Assembly (NCBI GenBank): GCA_963715335.1
Contig: CAVQRZ010000016.1
Location: forward strand, 1 to 33,317
DNA: 33,317 nt
Source: an uncultured delta proteobacterium
Lineage (GTDB): Bacteria > Desulfobacterota > Desulfuromonadia > Desulfuromonadales > BM103
Reading direction: 5' to 3'
How positions within the stretch are numbered: the stretch's first letter is position 1; every line of letters begins with the position of its first letter. Of the stretch, positions 17,167-29,100 are shown piece by piece. The notes beneath the pieces were generated by a model. That model was not told where the DNA came from. It saw only the letters and a program-made list of their open reading frames with translations, and made no database searches. Made by a program: the position numbers and the translations under genes.

Positions 17167-20100
17167 TTAGATCTTGCCGACCAGGTTGATAAACAATCCC
17201 TGGTGGTCATAGTCGTAATCGGTTAAATCATCTGAAAATCTGCTGAAGTTATAGCCAATACCCAACTTGAGGTTGGCCCCGATGTGCCGGTAGATCGCCA
17301 GGACCATACCGCTTAATTGATCCTCGGCGTCTGGCAAGCTCAGGACCCGGCCCTCGATCATGGCATCCCATCGACGCAGAGCATGCCAGTCGAGTCGAAC
17401 GATGCCGAGATGAGCATTGCTTTTAAAGTATTCCGGGTCGTCACGGTCCAGGCTGACTTCACCCAGGCGGTAGGCGTATTTGCCACCGATGGTCCAGCGT
17501 TGTGTCAGATCATAGGTCAAATCTATCGAGGCGATATGGCTGCGCTGGCTCACGCCGGCGCCTGCATTGGGCGTGCTGACCTGCTCGTAGGCAGGGAGAT
17601 CGTAAAAATAAGTGTATTTGACGAGTGCATTGAGGCGGTCGTTGTCGACCGGACGATAGGCATAACCAAGCACCACTTCTGTAAATTCACCGTTGTACTG
17701 CTGCCCCTCAGAACTGTCGCTATAGGCATAATTCAACTTGCTGATCAGGCGCCAGTCAGCAAAGAGCTGATATTTAAGATCGAGCTTGACCAGCCAGGTC
17801 GTGCGCTTCGAAGTGCTGGTGTCCGCTGCTTCGGTGTCATCGACCCGGTATTCAAGAGCGCTGGCGACGGTCAACTTGTCAAACCCGTAACCTGCCCTGA
17901 GACCGGCGGCTGTCCGCTTAAGCTCCGCACCGGTCTGATAATCTTCAAGAGTACCGAAATCCAGATTGCAACCCAGATTCAGCCGATCGTCAGGCGACAG
18001 ATCCACACCTGTGGAATGCATCAACCCGCTTGGCACATTACCGTGGGTATAACGTTCCTCGACGTACATACTCAGGCTGTCCGAATAGCGCGTCCGGAAA
18101 CCCGACGTCAGGTTCCCCTTTCGTGCCCGAAGACCGTTGTCAGTGCGATCATTTTCGAGAGCATAGTTCAGATACAGGGTGGTCCGGTCGCTATAAAGGT
18201 ATTCCGTGCCGATCGTCCCCGCGGCGCCCTGGTCACCGCCGGACACCTCTCCGGTGACGTTGAGGCGATTGGTCAGTCGAAAACTGCCTCCAGTGCCGGC
18301 TCGGAAGTTGTCATCCCTGTCGCCGGTTGTCTGCAAACTGTCCTGGAGGAAGCTGTAGGCCGTCCAGCGGGACAAAGAGTCGTACTGGAGTTGTACAATC
18401 GCATCAGTCCGGTCACCTTCGTCCTGGGTCTCGGGAACTTCAGGGGAATTATCTTTGCGGGTGTCATGGCGAAGACCGGTACTCAGTGTCCAGTGGTCCA
18501 GGAAACGTGCACTGATATCCAACTCGGCGGTCGTGGTCTCCAGACCGTCATCCTGCATGACCCGGTCGCCTTTGAGATGCAGGTTCAACCAAGTCAGTAC
18601 CGGGAAGCTTGCTGTACCGCCGTATTGGCTGAGGTCCCGGTCATTGATCAAGCCCATCCCCGTGTATCCGGCTTCGGTCTCCTGGTAATAGAGCGTGAAG
18701 CGACCGCGACCATTATCAAGCAGATCCTGCATGCCGACACTGGTATCGACACGGTATGCCCATGCATCAACATCTGCATCTGCCGGTAAAACAGGCGTGT
18801 CAAAATCGTAGCCACCGTCGATGGAACGGGTTAAAAATACACCGGGTCCTTCGCTATGACCCGTTTCGAGTTTGATCCAGGTCTCCGTGGATTTGCGGAT
18901 CGTGACGTCGGCTCCGTAGAGGTCCGTATCGACGTCTTCATCATCAGCCTGGCTGGCCGTCAGGCCAACTTTGAAGTGGTCATTTAGCCAGTATTGCACT
19001 TGCCCACCAGTGGCCATCGTATCCAGGTCATTGACGCCAGGGGTAAACTCGTAGCGTGCAACCAGGAATACCGGATTGCCGCTGAGCGAGGTGGATCTGA
19101 CCAGCAGACCATCATCAGCCGTCGTTTCAAGTGGTTGTGACAGCAGAATGCGGCCCTGCAGGTAGTCCACGGTGTAATCGAGAGTGGGGATGAGGTCCTT
19201 TACGCCCAGCACGAGGCCGGAATCCTTGTCGCGGATCTCGATTCGCAGGCGGTCGGAGCCCTCAAGAATGTCCTGGTGGCGCAGGTAATACAGTGAGCCG
19301 CCTGTGCCCTGGAGTTCATCGCGCCCGGCGACCGTACCCGGGTCTGCAGCGAAGCCGTCGGCGGTCAGGCGCGCTTCGCCAAAACTGGTCGTGCCCAAGG
19401 CCTGGGAATGCAGGTTGGCACCATACAGGCCACGATCCACCTGGGCCAGTTCGTTGCCGGTATAGGCGACATCAAAGTTGCCCCACAGAGCGTAATTCTT
19501 CTCCTTGTCCAGTCTCAGGTAGAATTTGCCGTTGGTCGGTGCATCTTCAGTCACGGTGCTGTCGTCACCAAAGGTCGGATAGTGATATTTCGGGTCGATG
19601 CGACGGAACAACGCCTCTGGTGATTTATCCAGGAAGTTCGAGAAAATCTCGTCGATCGGGCCTTCCCGGGTATCGGCGCTTGCTTTCAACTCCCAGCCAT
19701 CACCAAATTGGCCTTTGGTATAGAACGCGAGGCGGCCTTCCAGGTTCGTATCGTTCTTGTAAACGTCCTTGTCCGGCGCCAGCAACTTGCCATTGTCGTC
19801 GGTCTGGTTAGCCGAGAATGTCAAATCGGCGATTCCAACGTAGAACCAGTCGTTTCTTTCCAGCTCCAGGTCACGCAGGAACAGTTCACCGTTGCCCGAC
19901 TGGTCGAGCACGGCGACCTCAACGGTGTGGGCACCATCGGGCAAGATTTCTTCCATGACAAATTGGCCATTGTCGTCCACGGGGACTTTCAGGCCGGCCA
20001 TCCAGACGTCATGTCCTTCGGGGATGGCCGTTCCCTGTGCCACGACGGTCCCGCCACGAATCGGAATATTTTGTTTTGCCAGGCGACTCTCGCCGTAACC

Positions 20101-22329
20101 TGTCAGAAGTTCACGCTCAAGATTCGCCTGAGCAACCGCAGGATCGACCTCGTCGACCACCCACAACGGCTGGGGTTGCGTCTCATCAAAGTTGCCGTCC
20201 GCATCATAGACACGCACCAGGTATTGCAACTGGCGGACCGGTGCTGAGAAGGTCTCCTGTCCAAGCTGCCATTGGGCCTGGCCGACATCATCCATCTCGA
20301 CCACGGCCAGCGGGGTGTCGTTTACGGATTGCTGTTGTTCGAACACTCTGACTTCGGCCGACTCGACGAAGTTGTGATAGTTGGTATAGAGGCGGAAATG
20401 GACGAGATCCTCGATTTGCTCCGTATCAAGATCATCCTGGTAGCGCACCGAACGGGGCCAGGCCGTTACATTGAGACGCGGTTCACTGGACAGGCCGTCA
20501 TGTTTGAACTGTATCTGCGCCTGGTCCAGGGCAACGTCCGTGCATCGCTGCACATCCGGGATGCTTTTGCCGGGGTCGTCAAGCGGTTTGCCGTCAACCG
20601 TGATCCGCATCAGGTTCAGGCCGAACGGGTTGGCCGGTTCGACTTCGCGGTTCAGACGGGTAATCTCTACCCCTTCATAATCATCGAGCGGGAATAATTC
20701 GTCGTAGATGACCTGTACTTCAACACGAGCGATGTCTGACTCGATAAAACCCGTGTTGACCACGTCACTTGATTGAACGAAACCCCGTCCTTCAAACTCC
20801 ATGCGGCTCTTGTCCAGGCCCATTTGTTCGGTGACCGCGAGCAAGGTGCGATGGGCGCGTGCCGTCGACCAACCGATCTCATCGCCGTAAATCGCTGCGG
20901 TCCGTCGATCCAGGCGGTCATTGCTGGCATAGCCGACAAAACGCAGCCGGACATTGTCCTTGTCTGGGATTTCGCCCATAACCCGCTGCAGATGAGCTGT
21001 GTAGCCCTCTGGTATAAAGGGTTTGCCGTTCTGGAAAAGCAGAGGGTCGATGCTTCCTGAAGTTGATTCGTAGACGCGCGTGATGGTCTCAGCACCAGCC
21101 GCATCCGGGCATAAACGCGGCTCTTCGGGCAAATCCTGAAGAGGGTCGTCGTACCAGAATTCGACCTCAACACGACGGTTCAACGATCGCCCCATTTCCG
21201 TATTATTGGCAGCGATCGGCCGCGTTGCGCCCAGCCCCTCGCTCTCGATGGCATCGTCGGACAGGACGAGTGCGTCTTTGGCCGCGAGGGCGACACGCAG
21301 GGCAACCGCCCTGGACAATCCTGTATGAGTGCCGTAGATCCTCTTGTCACGTCCCGTCAAGGCCCCGGAATCGGTATAGGCGGTGAATTTTACGACCAGG
21401 TTTTCCTTGGAATCCAGGTTGCGCATCGCCCGTGAGATAGTCGCCAGAAATTCCTCCGGCACCCTGATCATGCCCAGGTCATAGTTCAGCGGCAGGACCA
21501 TGTTCCTGATTCGTGCCCGGTGAGCATGGCCGTCCTTGTAGCGCAACTTGCAGACGGTTTCGGTCCGGCAGACCTTGATCCGGTTCACGTCCTGAGAAAC
21601 GACGACTTCCTTTGCAGTCTCCTTCTCACCGATGACGTCATACCAGACTTCGACTTCCACGCGACGATTGAGCGCCTGTCCCTCTGCTGTTGCGTTACTG
21701 GCCACAGGCTGGCTTTCGCCCAAGCCGTCGTAGGAAATTGCTTCAGGCGGCAAGCCCAAAGCGGCCTGAAAATATTCGGCAGTGGTCCCGGCGCGCTCCC
21801 TGGACAAGCCGATATTGTCGCCAAAGCGTTCCTTGACAACCCCGAACGGTTGCAGGTTGTCCGTATGACCGACAAAATGCAGCCGCACATTGTCCTTGTC
21901 GCGCATGCTGTCGAGAACCCCGCGCAGCAGCATGAGGTAATTGTCCGGGATTTCCGCAACACCGAGCGGAAACAGGATGGGTGGAACCAGGTTGTCCAGT
22001 TTGACCGTTCTTACGACAGGGATGACAACCTGTTCCGTATCGATGCGATCACCCTGGTCCGCATCGAATGAAGCAGGATCATGAGTCCAGAGAGTGTAAT
22101 TGATGTCGGTCGACAGGTGCTGCTCCACAGACTCACCACGCGTGCCCGCTTCCTGGGCGCTATTGGAATCGATCGACCACCAATCCGGGGAGGCAACCGC
22201 ATTGCTGGCCAAAACCGTACTCAGGGACATGGCCGCCCACAAAAGTATGGCAAAGCGCGCATTCAGCGTGATGAGTCCATGGAATCTCTTCGCGCGACAA
22301 CTTGCTGCGCGTTGGGTTCGGGCGATCAT
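17167..22329 (-). CDS. 1720-aa outer-membrane protein: three tandem OmpA-like domains + very large C-terminal beta-barrel
   Basis: Signal peptide ending AVA. OmpA motifs GHTD...LSRERA...NRRVE, YTD...LSRAVA...NRRVE and GYAS...STARA. The last ~890 aa are amphipathic strands ending GLFINLVGKI. ATGA coupling to the upstream gene. Confidence 0.85.
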   Translation of the reverse strand: MIARTQRAASCRAKRFHGLITLNARFAILLWAAMSLSTVLASNAVASPDWWSIDSNSAQEAGTRGESVEQHLSTDINYTLWTHDPASFDADQGDRIDTEQVVIPVVRTVKLDNLVPPILFPLGVAEIPDNYLMLLRGVLDSMRDKDNVRLHFVGHTDNLQPFGVVKERFGDNIGLSRERAGTTAEYFQAALGLPPEAISYDGLGESQPVASNATAEGQALNRRVEVEVWYDVIGEKETAKEVVVSQDVNRIKVCRTETVCKLRYKDGHAHRARIRNMVLPLNYDLGMIRVPEEFLATISRAMRNLDSKENLVVKFTAYTDSGALTGRDKRIYGTHTGLSRAVALRVALAAKDALVLSDDAIESEGLGATRPIAANNTEMGRSLNRRVEVEFWYDDPLQDLPEEPRLCPDAAGAETITRVYESTSGSIDPLLFQNGKPFIPEGYTAHLQRVMGEIPDKDNVRLRFVGYASNDRLDRRTAAIYGDEIGWSTARAHRTLLAVTEQMGLDKSRMEFEGRGFVQSSDVVNTGFIESDIARVEVQVIYDELFPLDDYEGVEITRLNREVEPANPFGLNLMRITVDGKPLDDPGKSIPDVQRCTDVALDQAQIQFKHDGLSSEPRLNVTAWPRSVRYQDDLDTEQIEDLVHFRLYTNYHNFVESAEVRVFEQQQSVNDTPLAVVEMDDVGQAQWQLGQETFSAPVRQLQYLVRVYDADGNFDETQPQPLWVVDEVDPAVAQANLERELLTGYGESRLAKQNIPIRGGTVVAQGTAIPEGHDVWMAGLKVPVDDNGQFVMEEILPDGAHTVEVAVLDQSGNGELFLRDLELERNDWFYVGIADLTFSANQTDDNGKLLAPDKDVYKNDTNLEGRLAFYTKGQFGDGWELKASADTREGPIDEIFSNFLDKSPEALFRRIDPKYHYPTFGDDSTVTEDAPTNGKFYLRLDKEKNYALWGNFDVAYTGNELAQVDRGLYGANLHSQALGTTSFGEARLTADGFAADPGTVAGRDELQGTGGSLYYLRHQDILEGSDRLRIEIRDKDSGLVLGVKDLIPTLDYTVDYLQGRILLSQPLETTADDGLLVRSTSLSGNPVFLVARYEFTPGVNDLDTMATGGQVQYWLNDHFKVGLTASQADDEDVDTDLYGADVTIRKSTETWIKLETGHSEGPGVFLTRSIDGGYDFDTPVLPADADVDAWAYRVDTSVGMQDLLDNGRGRFTLYYQETEAGYTGMGLINDRDLSQYGGTASFPVLTWLNLHLKGDRVMQDDGLETTTAELDISARFLDHWTLSTGLRHDTRKDNSPEVPETQDEGDRTDAIVQLQYDSLSRWTAYSFLQDSLQTTGDRDDNFRAGTGGSFRLTNRLNVTGEVSGGDQGAAGTIGTEYLYSDRTTLYLNYALENDRTDNGLRARKGNLTSGFRTRYSDSLSMYVEERYTHGNVPSGLMHSTGVDLSPDDRLNLGCNLDFGTLEDYQTGAELKRTAAGLRAGYGFDKLTVASALEYRVDDTEAADTSTSKRTTWLVKLDLKYQLFADWRLISKLNYAYSDSSEGQQYNGEFTEVVLGYAYRPVDNDRLNALVKYTYFYDLPAYEQVSTPNAGAGVSQRSHIASIDLTYDLTQRWTIGGKYAYRLGEVSLDRDDPEYFKSNAHLGIVRLDWHALRRWDAMIEGRVLSLPDAEDQLSGMVLAIYRHIGANLKLGIGYNFSRFSDDLTDYDYDHQGLFINLVGKI

Positions 22330-23141
22330 GGTGGACCTCCACGTCGCCAGAACACTTCGGTTTCAACGGAGAGCGGATAGTCCCCACCCGCAAGATCCCA
22401 CAAACGGGCCACCTCATCTCGCAGAACCTCGAGACGGTCATGCACCAGCTTTTCCCGCTCGACATCAGCCAGGTAAGATAAGCGCAAGACCGACGGGGCC
22501 TTTTTCAGTTCTTCGACCAGCACCCGTAGTTTTGCCTGCCATTGCACGCGCAACTCGGTCTTCTCGGGTTCAAACACCCCGTTGGCGAGGTCCAGGCCGA
22601 CCACACGATGAATGGTGGCGCCGAAGTTGAATTTCATCATCTTGCCGCGAGTGACCCGCTGGACCCTCGGGTTCTCAGTGCTCAAACGATACCCGGTCGG
22701 TAAGGTGTGGTCGTCGAGTTTTAAAATGAAATTGCTGCCGCGATCCTCATCCGGGACCATGGCGCAGGTGATATGGAAGCGGCCATGCTGGTCCGTGGTG
22801 CCGATCAATCCTCGGGCCGTGACCACCTGGACACCGGGCAGACCTTCTTCTCCCGGGTCTTGCCGACCATTCAGGTTCCGGTCGTCGAAGACCTTGCCGA
22901 TCACGTCCGTGCAATCGAAGGTCGGATCAGGTACGACCCTGACAGTGGCGGTTGCAACACCGGAGATCGCTCTCCGGGTCGCCGAGTTAAACGCCTGGGC
23001 CCGGTTGACGTACTCATCCTCGCTGACACCGGCACCGACAACGAGAAGGAGCTGCAGGGTCTGTTGGTCGTCAAACTCCAGGTCGATATCGTCCCAAATG
23101 AGTTGTTGCCCGACAACTGTGAGGCTCTCGAGAGTGCCCAT
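22326..23141 (-). CDS. C-terminal part of the giant DUF11 protein (end of last repeat, SdrD-B-like domain, degenerate OmpA-like tail), separated by a frameshift
   Basis: Starts mid-domain (VVGQQLIWDDIDL...YVNRAQA). Contains VIGKVFDDRNLNGRQDPGEEGLPGVQV. No signal peptide. Overlaps the upstream ORF end in another frame. Confidence 0.75.
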   Translation of the reverse strand: MGTLESLTVVGQQLIWDDIDLEFDDQQTLQLLLVVGAGVSEDEYVNRAQAFNSATRRAISGVATATVRVVPDPTFDCTDVIGKVFDDRNLNGRQDPGEEGLPGVQVVTARGLIGTTDQHGRFHITCAMVPDEDRGSNFILKLDDHTLPTGYRLSTENPRVQRVTRGKMMKFNFGATIHRVVGLDLANGVFEPEKTELRVQWQAKLRVLVEELKKAPSVLRLSYLADVEREKLVHDRLEVLRDEVARLWDLAGGDYPLSVETEVFWRRGGPP

Positions 23142-26100
23142 TCAGCCGGGCCGAGCCTTCCACGTATTTAAATCCCGGCGGGAAGGTGTCGACGATGCCG
23201 ATGTCGAAGAGCGGTGCGCTGTAGCGGTTTGTTAAAGTGATTGTGTAGGGGACCAGCTGCCCCTTGCTGACGTTGATCAGCGATGACGCCTTGGAAATCG
23301 TCACGGCCTCGTTCAGCACCGGATCGACGGGCAAGTGGTTGTTGAATATCTGGCTATGGCTCGGCATCGGGCCGTTAATCGCGATCGCGTTCAGAGCGGC
23401 AATCGATAGCGGATTCGAGCCATCACTCAAGATAAAATTCAGGTAATACCGTGTGTCAGGGGTCCCCGGGCGGGTCGACAGAGGCGGCGGCCGGGCTGAA
23501 GTGGTGATTTCGCAATATTCCGTCGCAGGAAGCGCGTCGTCCTGGCTGCCAGGACAGTCCGGGACGGAGAATGGCAGTGTGGGCTCGCTGCCTGGCGCGA
23601 TAATCTGGGACAGAGTGTCCTCGTAACCGTTTTGCGGAGGAGTGATGTCGATACGGTAGGTCGCGCCGGGTGGGCAGGACGGATCGCTGAAGTTCAGGTC
23701 AAACTTGTAGAAACCGTCCGTGGCCGTCACCTGACCCTGCTGGAGCGGATCTTCAAAACACTGCCCCGGCAAGGGTGCGTTATTTGCGGCATTCAGCATG
23801 GTCAGCCTGGTCCCGGCGACCGACGTACGCCGCACAGAATCGTAGACAACGCCATTGGGTGTGATCGGCAGGTCGAGATTCTGCAGATTACTGCCCGAGG
23901 CCACGATGATGTCGCTGATCTGTTGCGGCCCGTTCGTGAAGGGGGAAACGGCATGCCCGAGCGATGGGGTGTCGGGCCTGGCACCTGCCGCCCTGAAACG
24001 AAGTTCGTAAGCCCCCCCTGCTCCATTCAGGCCGCTGAGACGATAACTGCCGGCGGTATCTGTCAAAACCGTGGCGAGCAACCGGTTGTTGCTATACAAG
24101 CTGACTGACCAGCCTTCGAGGTCATGATCGGTCTCATCGCGAGCACTGTTCAGGTTGGCATCATGCCAGACATTGCCATTCAGGATCGCGCTGCCGGGGC
24201 TGCCGCCCACGTCGAGAGAAACACTGGCCGCAGCCGTCTCGGCAGGATCACTCCAGGTCACTACGCCGGTATTGGTGATCGTTACTCCAGCCACCACCGC
24301 CTGATCGATCAGCACGCGGAAGCGCAGCAGAATTTCGGCTCCCGGAGACAGGTCGCCGTAATGATCGGAATAAGCTGCAGTCAGGATCGAGCCGGCATAG
24401 GACACCCCGGCTGCTGAGCCGTTCATGCTGGCCGAATTGTCGATATATCCTGCCTGGCCCGCCAACGGGCCCAAGTCGTCGGTCAGCACCACGTTCGTCG
24501 CGGGCAGACTTCCGAAATTGGTGACTCGGATCACGTATTCAAGGGTCCGGCCGGGCTCTGCAGTCGTGCCGTCAACCACGAACACTTCCTTGAGGATGCT
24601 CAGCTGCGGGACATCACCGACGACGACCCTGGTCGGCTGATCGCCATTCGTGTCGATTCCGTCTGCATCGGTCAATTCGTCAGGCAATTCGTTGTTACGG
24701 ACCACGCCCTGGTTGCTGATGATGGTGCCTGTGGCGACACCGTTGTTGACCCGTACGTCAAATGTAATAACAGCCATTGCGCGCGGAGACAGAACCCCCT
24801 GGCCCGATCCCGGTATGGGAGGAGTCCGATCGGCAGAACTGATGTCAATCCCCGCGATCAACGGAGAGACGCCATGATCCGGTTGTCCCACGGGCAAGCC
24901 GTTCAATCGCACCGAGTCAGCGACATACGACGTATCCGCAGGGACCGCGTCGGTAAACACGACACCCGTAGCCGCGGTTGACCACGCATTGGTAACCGCG
25001 ATGGTGTAGCGTAAAACGTCCGCAGGGTTGACGATGCCGGTTGGATCACCAACCAGTTGCACTGTCTTGTGCGCATCGATCAGGGGAAGATTGCCAACGA
25101 TATCCCTGGTCGGATCATCCAGGACAGCGGTGTCCGGATCATCGGAGGCCTTTGCAGGGGTCGGGCCGCTGCCAGCTCCTGACGCGCTCAGGAATCCCTG
25201 GTTGGCGATAATCGTGCCGTCGGCCACATCGCTGTTCACGACGACGTCAAAGGTGACCACAGCCACATTGTCCATCGTGCCCGACATATTGGCTTTCACA
25301 ACGCCTGCGGTCGCGTCTCCTGGCGCATGGATCGGGAGTCCGCCCTGCAGAGGCGACACACCGACTGCGGAATCGGTCACCGGATCGCCGTTCAGGGTCG
25401 TGCTGCCGGGCACGTAGGAGGTGTTGGCCGGTACGTTGTCCTGCAGCACAACGTCGACAGCATCCTCATTGCCGATGTTTTGGATCGAGAGGGTGTAGCG
25501 GAGCGCTTCACCGGCCAGCAAAACATTCGGGTCACCGTCCAAAACAGTCGAAGTCTTCAGAACCTCGAAGACCGGCGCAGAATGAATCAAGGTTGAGGTG
25601 GGATCCTGGTCGCCGACGGCAGCAGGATTCACGTCATCACTGATCCGCAGCGTTTGTCCGTTTGCGCCCAGTTCGGCCTGATTCAAAACGACCGTGCCGT
25701 TGTTAATGACCGGGGCAAGCTGCACAGTAAACTCGATGGCCACGGTTTCACCGGCGGCAATCGTGAGGCCACGGATGTCGACCAGTCCGGTTCCTTTGCT
25801 GCCGCCTGTCAGATCGGTATTTGCAGTATCGGCGCCGGCTGGAACGGATGTCAGCATGAGGGTGCCGGGAACGAAGTACATAGGATCGTCCGGCTGGAGG
25901 CTCTCGAGGTTGTCCAGCAATGACAGATCGGCAAACGCGACTGTGCCGGTATTGGTGATTTCCACCCGGTATCTCAAGACATCACCTGGAATCGCCTCGC
26001 TCCCGTCCCCCGCGGTGGATTGGTTAAATACGGATTTGCGAAAGTCCAGACTGCTGACAATGTCCATGGTCGGGTCATTGATATCGGATGTCTCCGGATC

Positions 26101-29100
26101 ATCGGAAGGCTGCTCGAGAAAATTCCCGCTGCCAATCCCGGAGCCATTCAGGAACCCCTGGTTGGAGATGATCGTTCCGCTCGCGGCATCCTCATCGACT
26201 TGAACATCGAAGCTGATCGTCGCAACGTTGTCAGCGGATTCCGTCGCATCGGCTCGCATGACTCCGGGGTTGGCGTCACCTGGCGCATTGATGGTCAGGC
26301 CGCCGGGTAATGGCGATGTTCCCGTAACCGGGTCGGCGACAGCCTCACCATTCAGGGTGGTGCTGCCGGCAATATAGCTGGTGTTTTCTGGAATAACGTC
26401 TTGCAGCACCACGTCTTTCGCATGCTCAGTGCCGATATTCTTGACCGTGATGGTGTAGCGCAACCGATCCCCGGCAAAGACAATGTCCGGCGAGCCCGTC
26501 AGGCTCACCGATGTTTTCTCGATGCGCCATTCAGGAGTTGACGAGATCAGGGTTTGCGTCGGATCCTCATCATCGGGCTGGTTTGGATCATCGCTGAGCA
26601 CGGATTCCAGACCGACCAAGTAGAGCTGAGCCTGGTTCAATACCAGCGTCTCGTCGGTAATCACCGGGGCCAAGCGTACGGTGAACTCAATGTTCAGGGT
26701 TTCCCCTCCATCCAGAGTCAAATCACGGATATCGACGAAACCGCTGCCCGCACTCCCGCCATACGGATCGCTTGCATCGACTCCCGGGTGGCCAGGAATC
26801 ACGGCCAGGCTACCAGGGACGAAAAGCGGCGGATCATTCAACCGGTCAGGTTCGTCAATGATGAAAAACCCGGCCGGAGCCGCACTGATGTTGGTGACCT
26901 GCAAGCGGTATCGCAGCGTGTCGCCCGGTCTGGCAATACTCCCCGGGTTCTCGCCGGTGGTTTCGTTAATGACTGTCTTGCTGAAGACTAATTCCGGGGC
27001 AATCCCTGTGGTGGTTGCGTACACGGGGCCGATGCAGTAATCATTCGGCGCACTGATGTTCGGGCAGCCGTCTCCGGTGCGTTCGTACGTGCTGACGTCC
27101 TCCAGAGAGGTCCAGTCGCCCCAGACACCGTTTTCGATAAGACCACCCGGCCCGCTCACGACCTGAACCAGAGAGTGATAGGTGATCACCAGGATTTGTC
27201 CGGCAAAAACATCCAGGCTGCTGTCGCCATTGTTACGACCCCAGGTCAGCAGGCCGGTCGCAGCACCCGCTGGAAGCGGTACAAAGCCGGGGATGGCAAC
27301 GTTATCGATTGTCGCCGTAGGTGTGAACGTGGGATCGAGCACCAGTCCGGCCGGTAGAGCATCGACGATATTTACATCGAAGGCGGTCGAGTTGGTGCTG
27401 CCCGTATTGACAAGAGTCAGCTGATATTCCAGGACATCGCCGGCGACCGGCGGATCGGCAGGCCCTTTGCCTGGCGTGACATTCGACAAGGTTTTTGCCA
27501 GGGTCAGGCCAGGCTCAGAGACAGTAACCAGGGCAGTCGCCTCTGTGAGCGTTTCCAATCCACCGGTTTCACCATTCACGTAGCTGACATCGACCCCGTT
27601 TTGCAGCATGTCGCCGGAGTCGGTATCGATGTCGTTATTGATGCGGACGAAATAATCAATCTGGATGACGGGATTGAGCTCGTTGAGATTCGCATCGTCT
27701 TCGTTCCGGGTGACCACGGTCCCGATGTCCCAGGTCGCGTTGCCGCTGGCCCCGTCGGCCGGAACGGCGTTGAAGGCGGTTTCGGCAGGAGCCTGGCCAT
27801 TGATTGAAGCGATTCCAGTAAAAGTGTAGCTGATGTCGAATCCGGCATGATTGGCGAGAACGTAACTCAAACCTGCCGCATTGAGTCTGTCCGTGGCGAC
27901 AGCTCCCGTACTCACGCCTTCAGGAAAGGCAATCTCGATCCTGAACGGTTTGTGTGCACCGATGGCGGGAATGATCGATGGCTGTAGATCGGTTTTGCTC
28001 AGAGTGACCGCGGGAACGTTCACCTGGCTGGCGGCAGCAGCTTCATAATCGTTGACCTCATGGCCGCTGTTAGGCAGTGTTCCATTGCGCATCCCGGTCG
28101 TACTGCCACTCTCACCGATGGCACCATTGCTGTTCAGTGCCGTGAACTGGCCAGGCAATGATGTCCAGTCTGCCTCGATGGTGTTGTTCAACAGTTCGAG
28201 TGGTTTGACGTCCATCTCGACGCGCACGTCAAAGCTGAAACTGACGGTCGCGCCCACGTCAATGCCGTTTGGCAGATTCCAGCTAAAAATTGGCCTGTTG
28301 TTTCCCAGCGTCGCCGTATCTGCAGTGTCCGGCGGATCGAGTCCGCCCGGATTGCCCAGATAACTCAGGCCTGTACCGGTCAGATCCTCAAGAACGCGCA
28401 GGTTGTAAGCCGTTGCCGTGCCGTTATTGGTGGCCGTTACCGTCACGGTCAGGGTGTCACCCGCATCAGCTTCGGTCACATTAAACGCTTTGGTCAGGGC
28501 GATGAGCGGCTCGCTCACGACAATATCCGTTTGAACGATATCGTAGGAGACCAGCGTACCGGTTTCGTCAATATATTCTGCCGTCGTGACGGTCGCGGGA
28601 TGTCCGTTTGAAATCACGTCAGCGTCGTCAGTTTCCAGAGTGTTCTCAACCCGGGCAATAAAATGAATCGAAAAATCATATCGGCTGACCCCGGTTCCCA
28701 TGGTCAGGCGCTGGGTTCCGAAATCCCATTCGACCAGATTTTCTGTACAGGTCGGCTTGATTTCACCACCCGGCTCAAATCCGGCATCGGCATAGGGCGC
28801 CGCATCGAGATTGACAATCGGCGCCTCTGCGCAACTCAATCCGACGGGAAGTTCGTCGCGTATGACAAAGTCGCGCAACAAGGCTACGGGCAAGAGGGTG
28901 TTGATTCTGTACTCTATCTCCTCACCTATCGACACGGCCTGTGGTCCGGGAACAGAGTTGAGTGGGGTATTTGAAAGTCTTTCGATGCGTTTCGGTTGCG
29001 TCATCAGGGGGATGATCTGCACGCGTGCCAAAACCGGTTCAGTGGTATAAGTACGCGCACCACCGATGTCGCTGTTGGGGCGCCGTGGAGCACTCTGACT

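Noticed and set aside
17317..18789. 490-aa plus-strand ORF
   Set aside because: Antisense shadow of the barrel gene.
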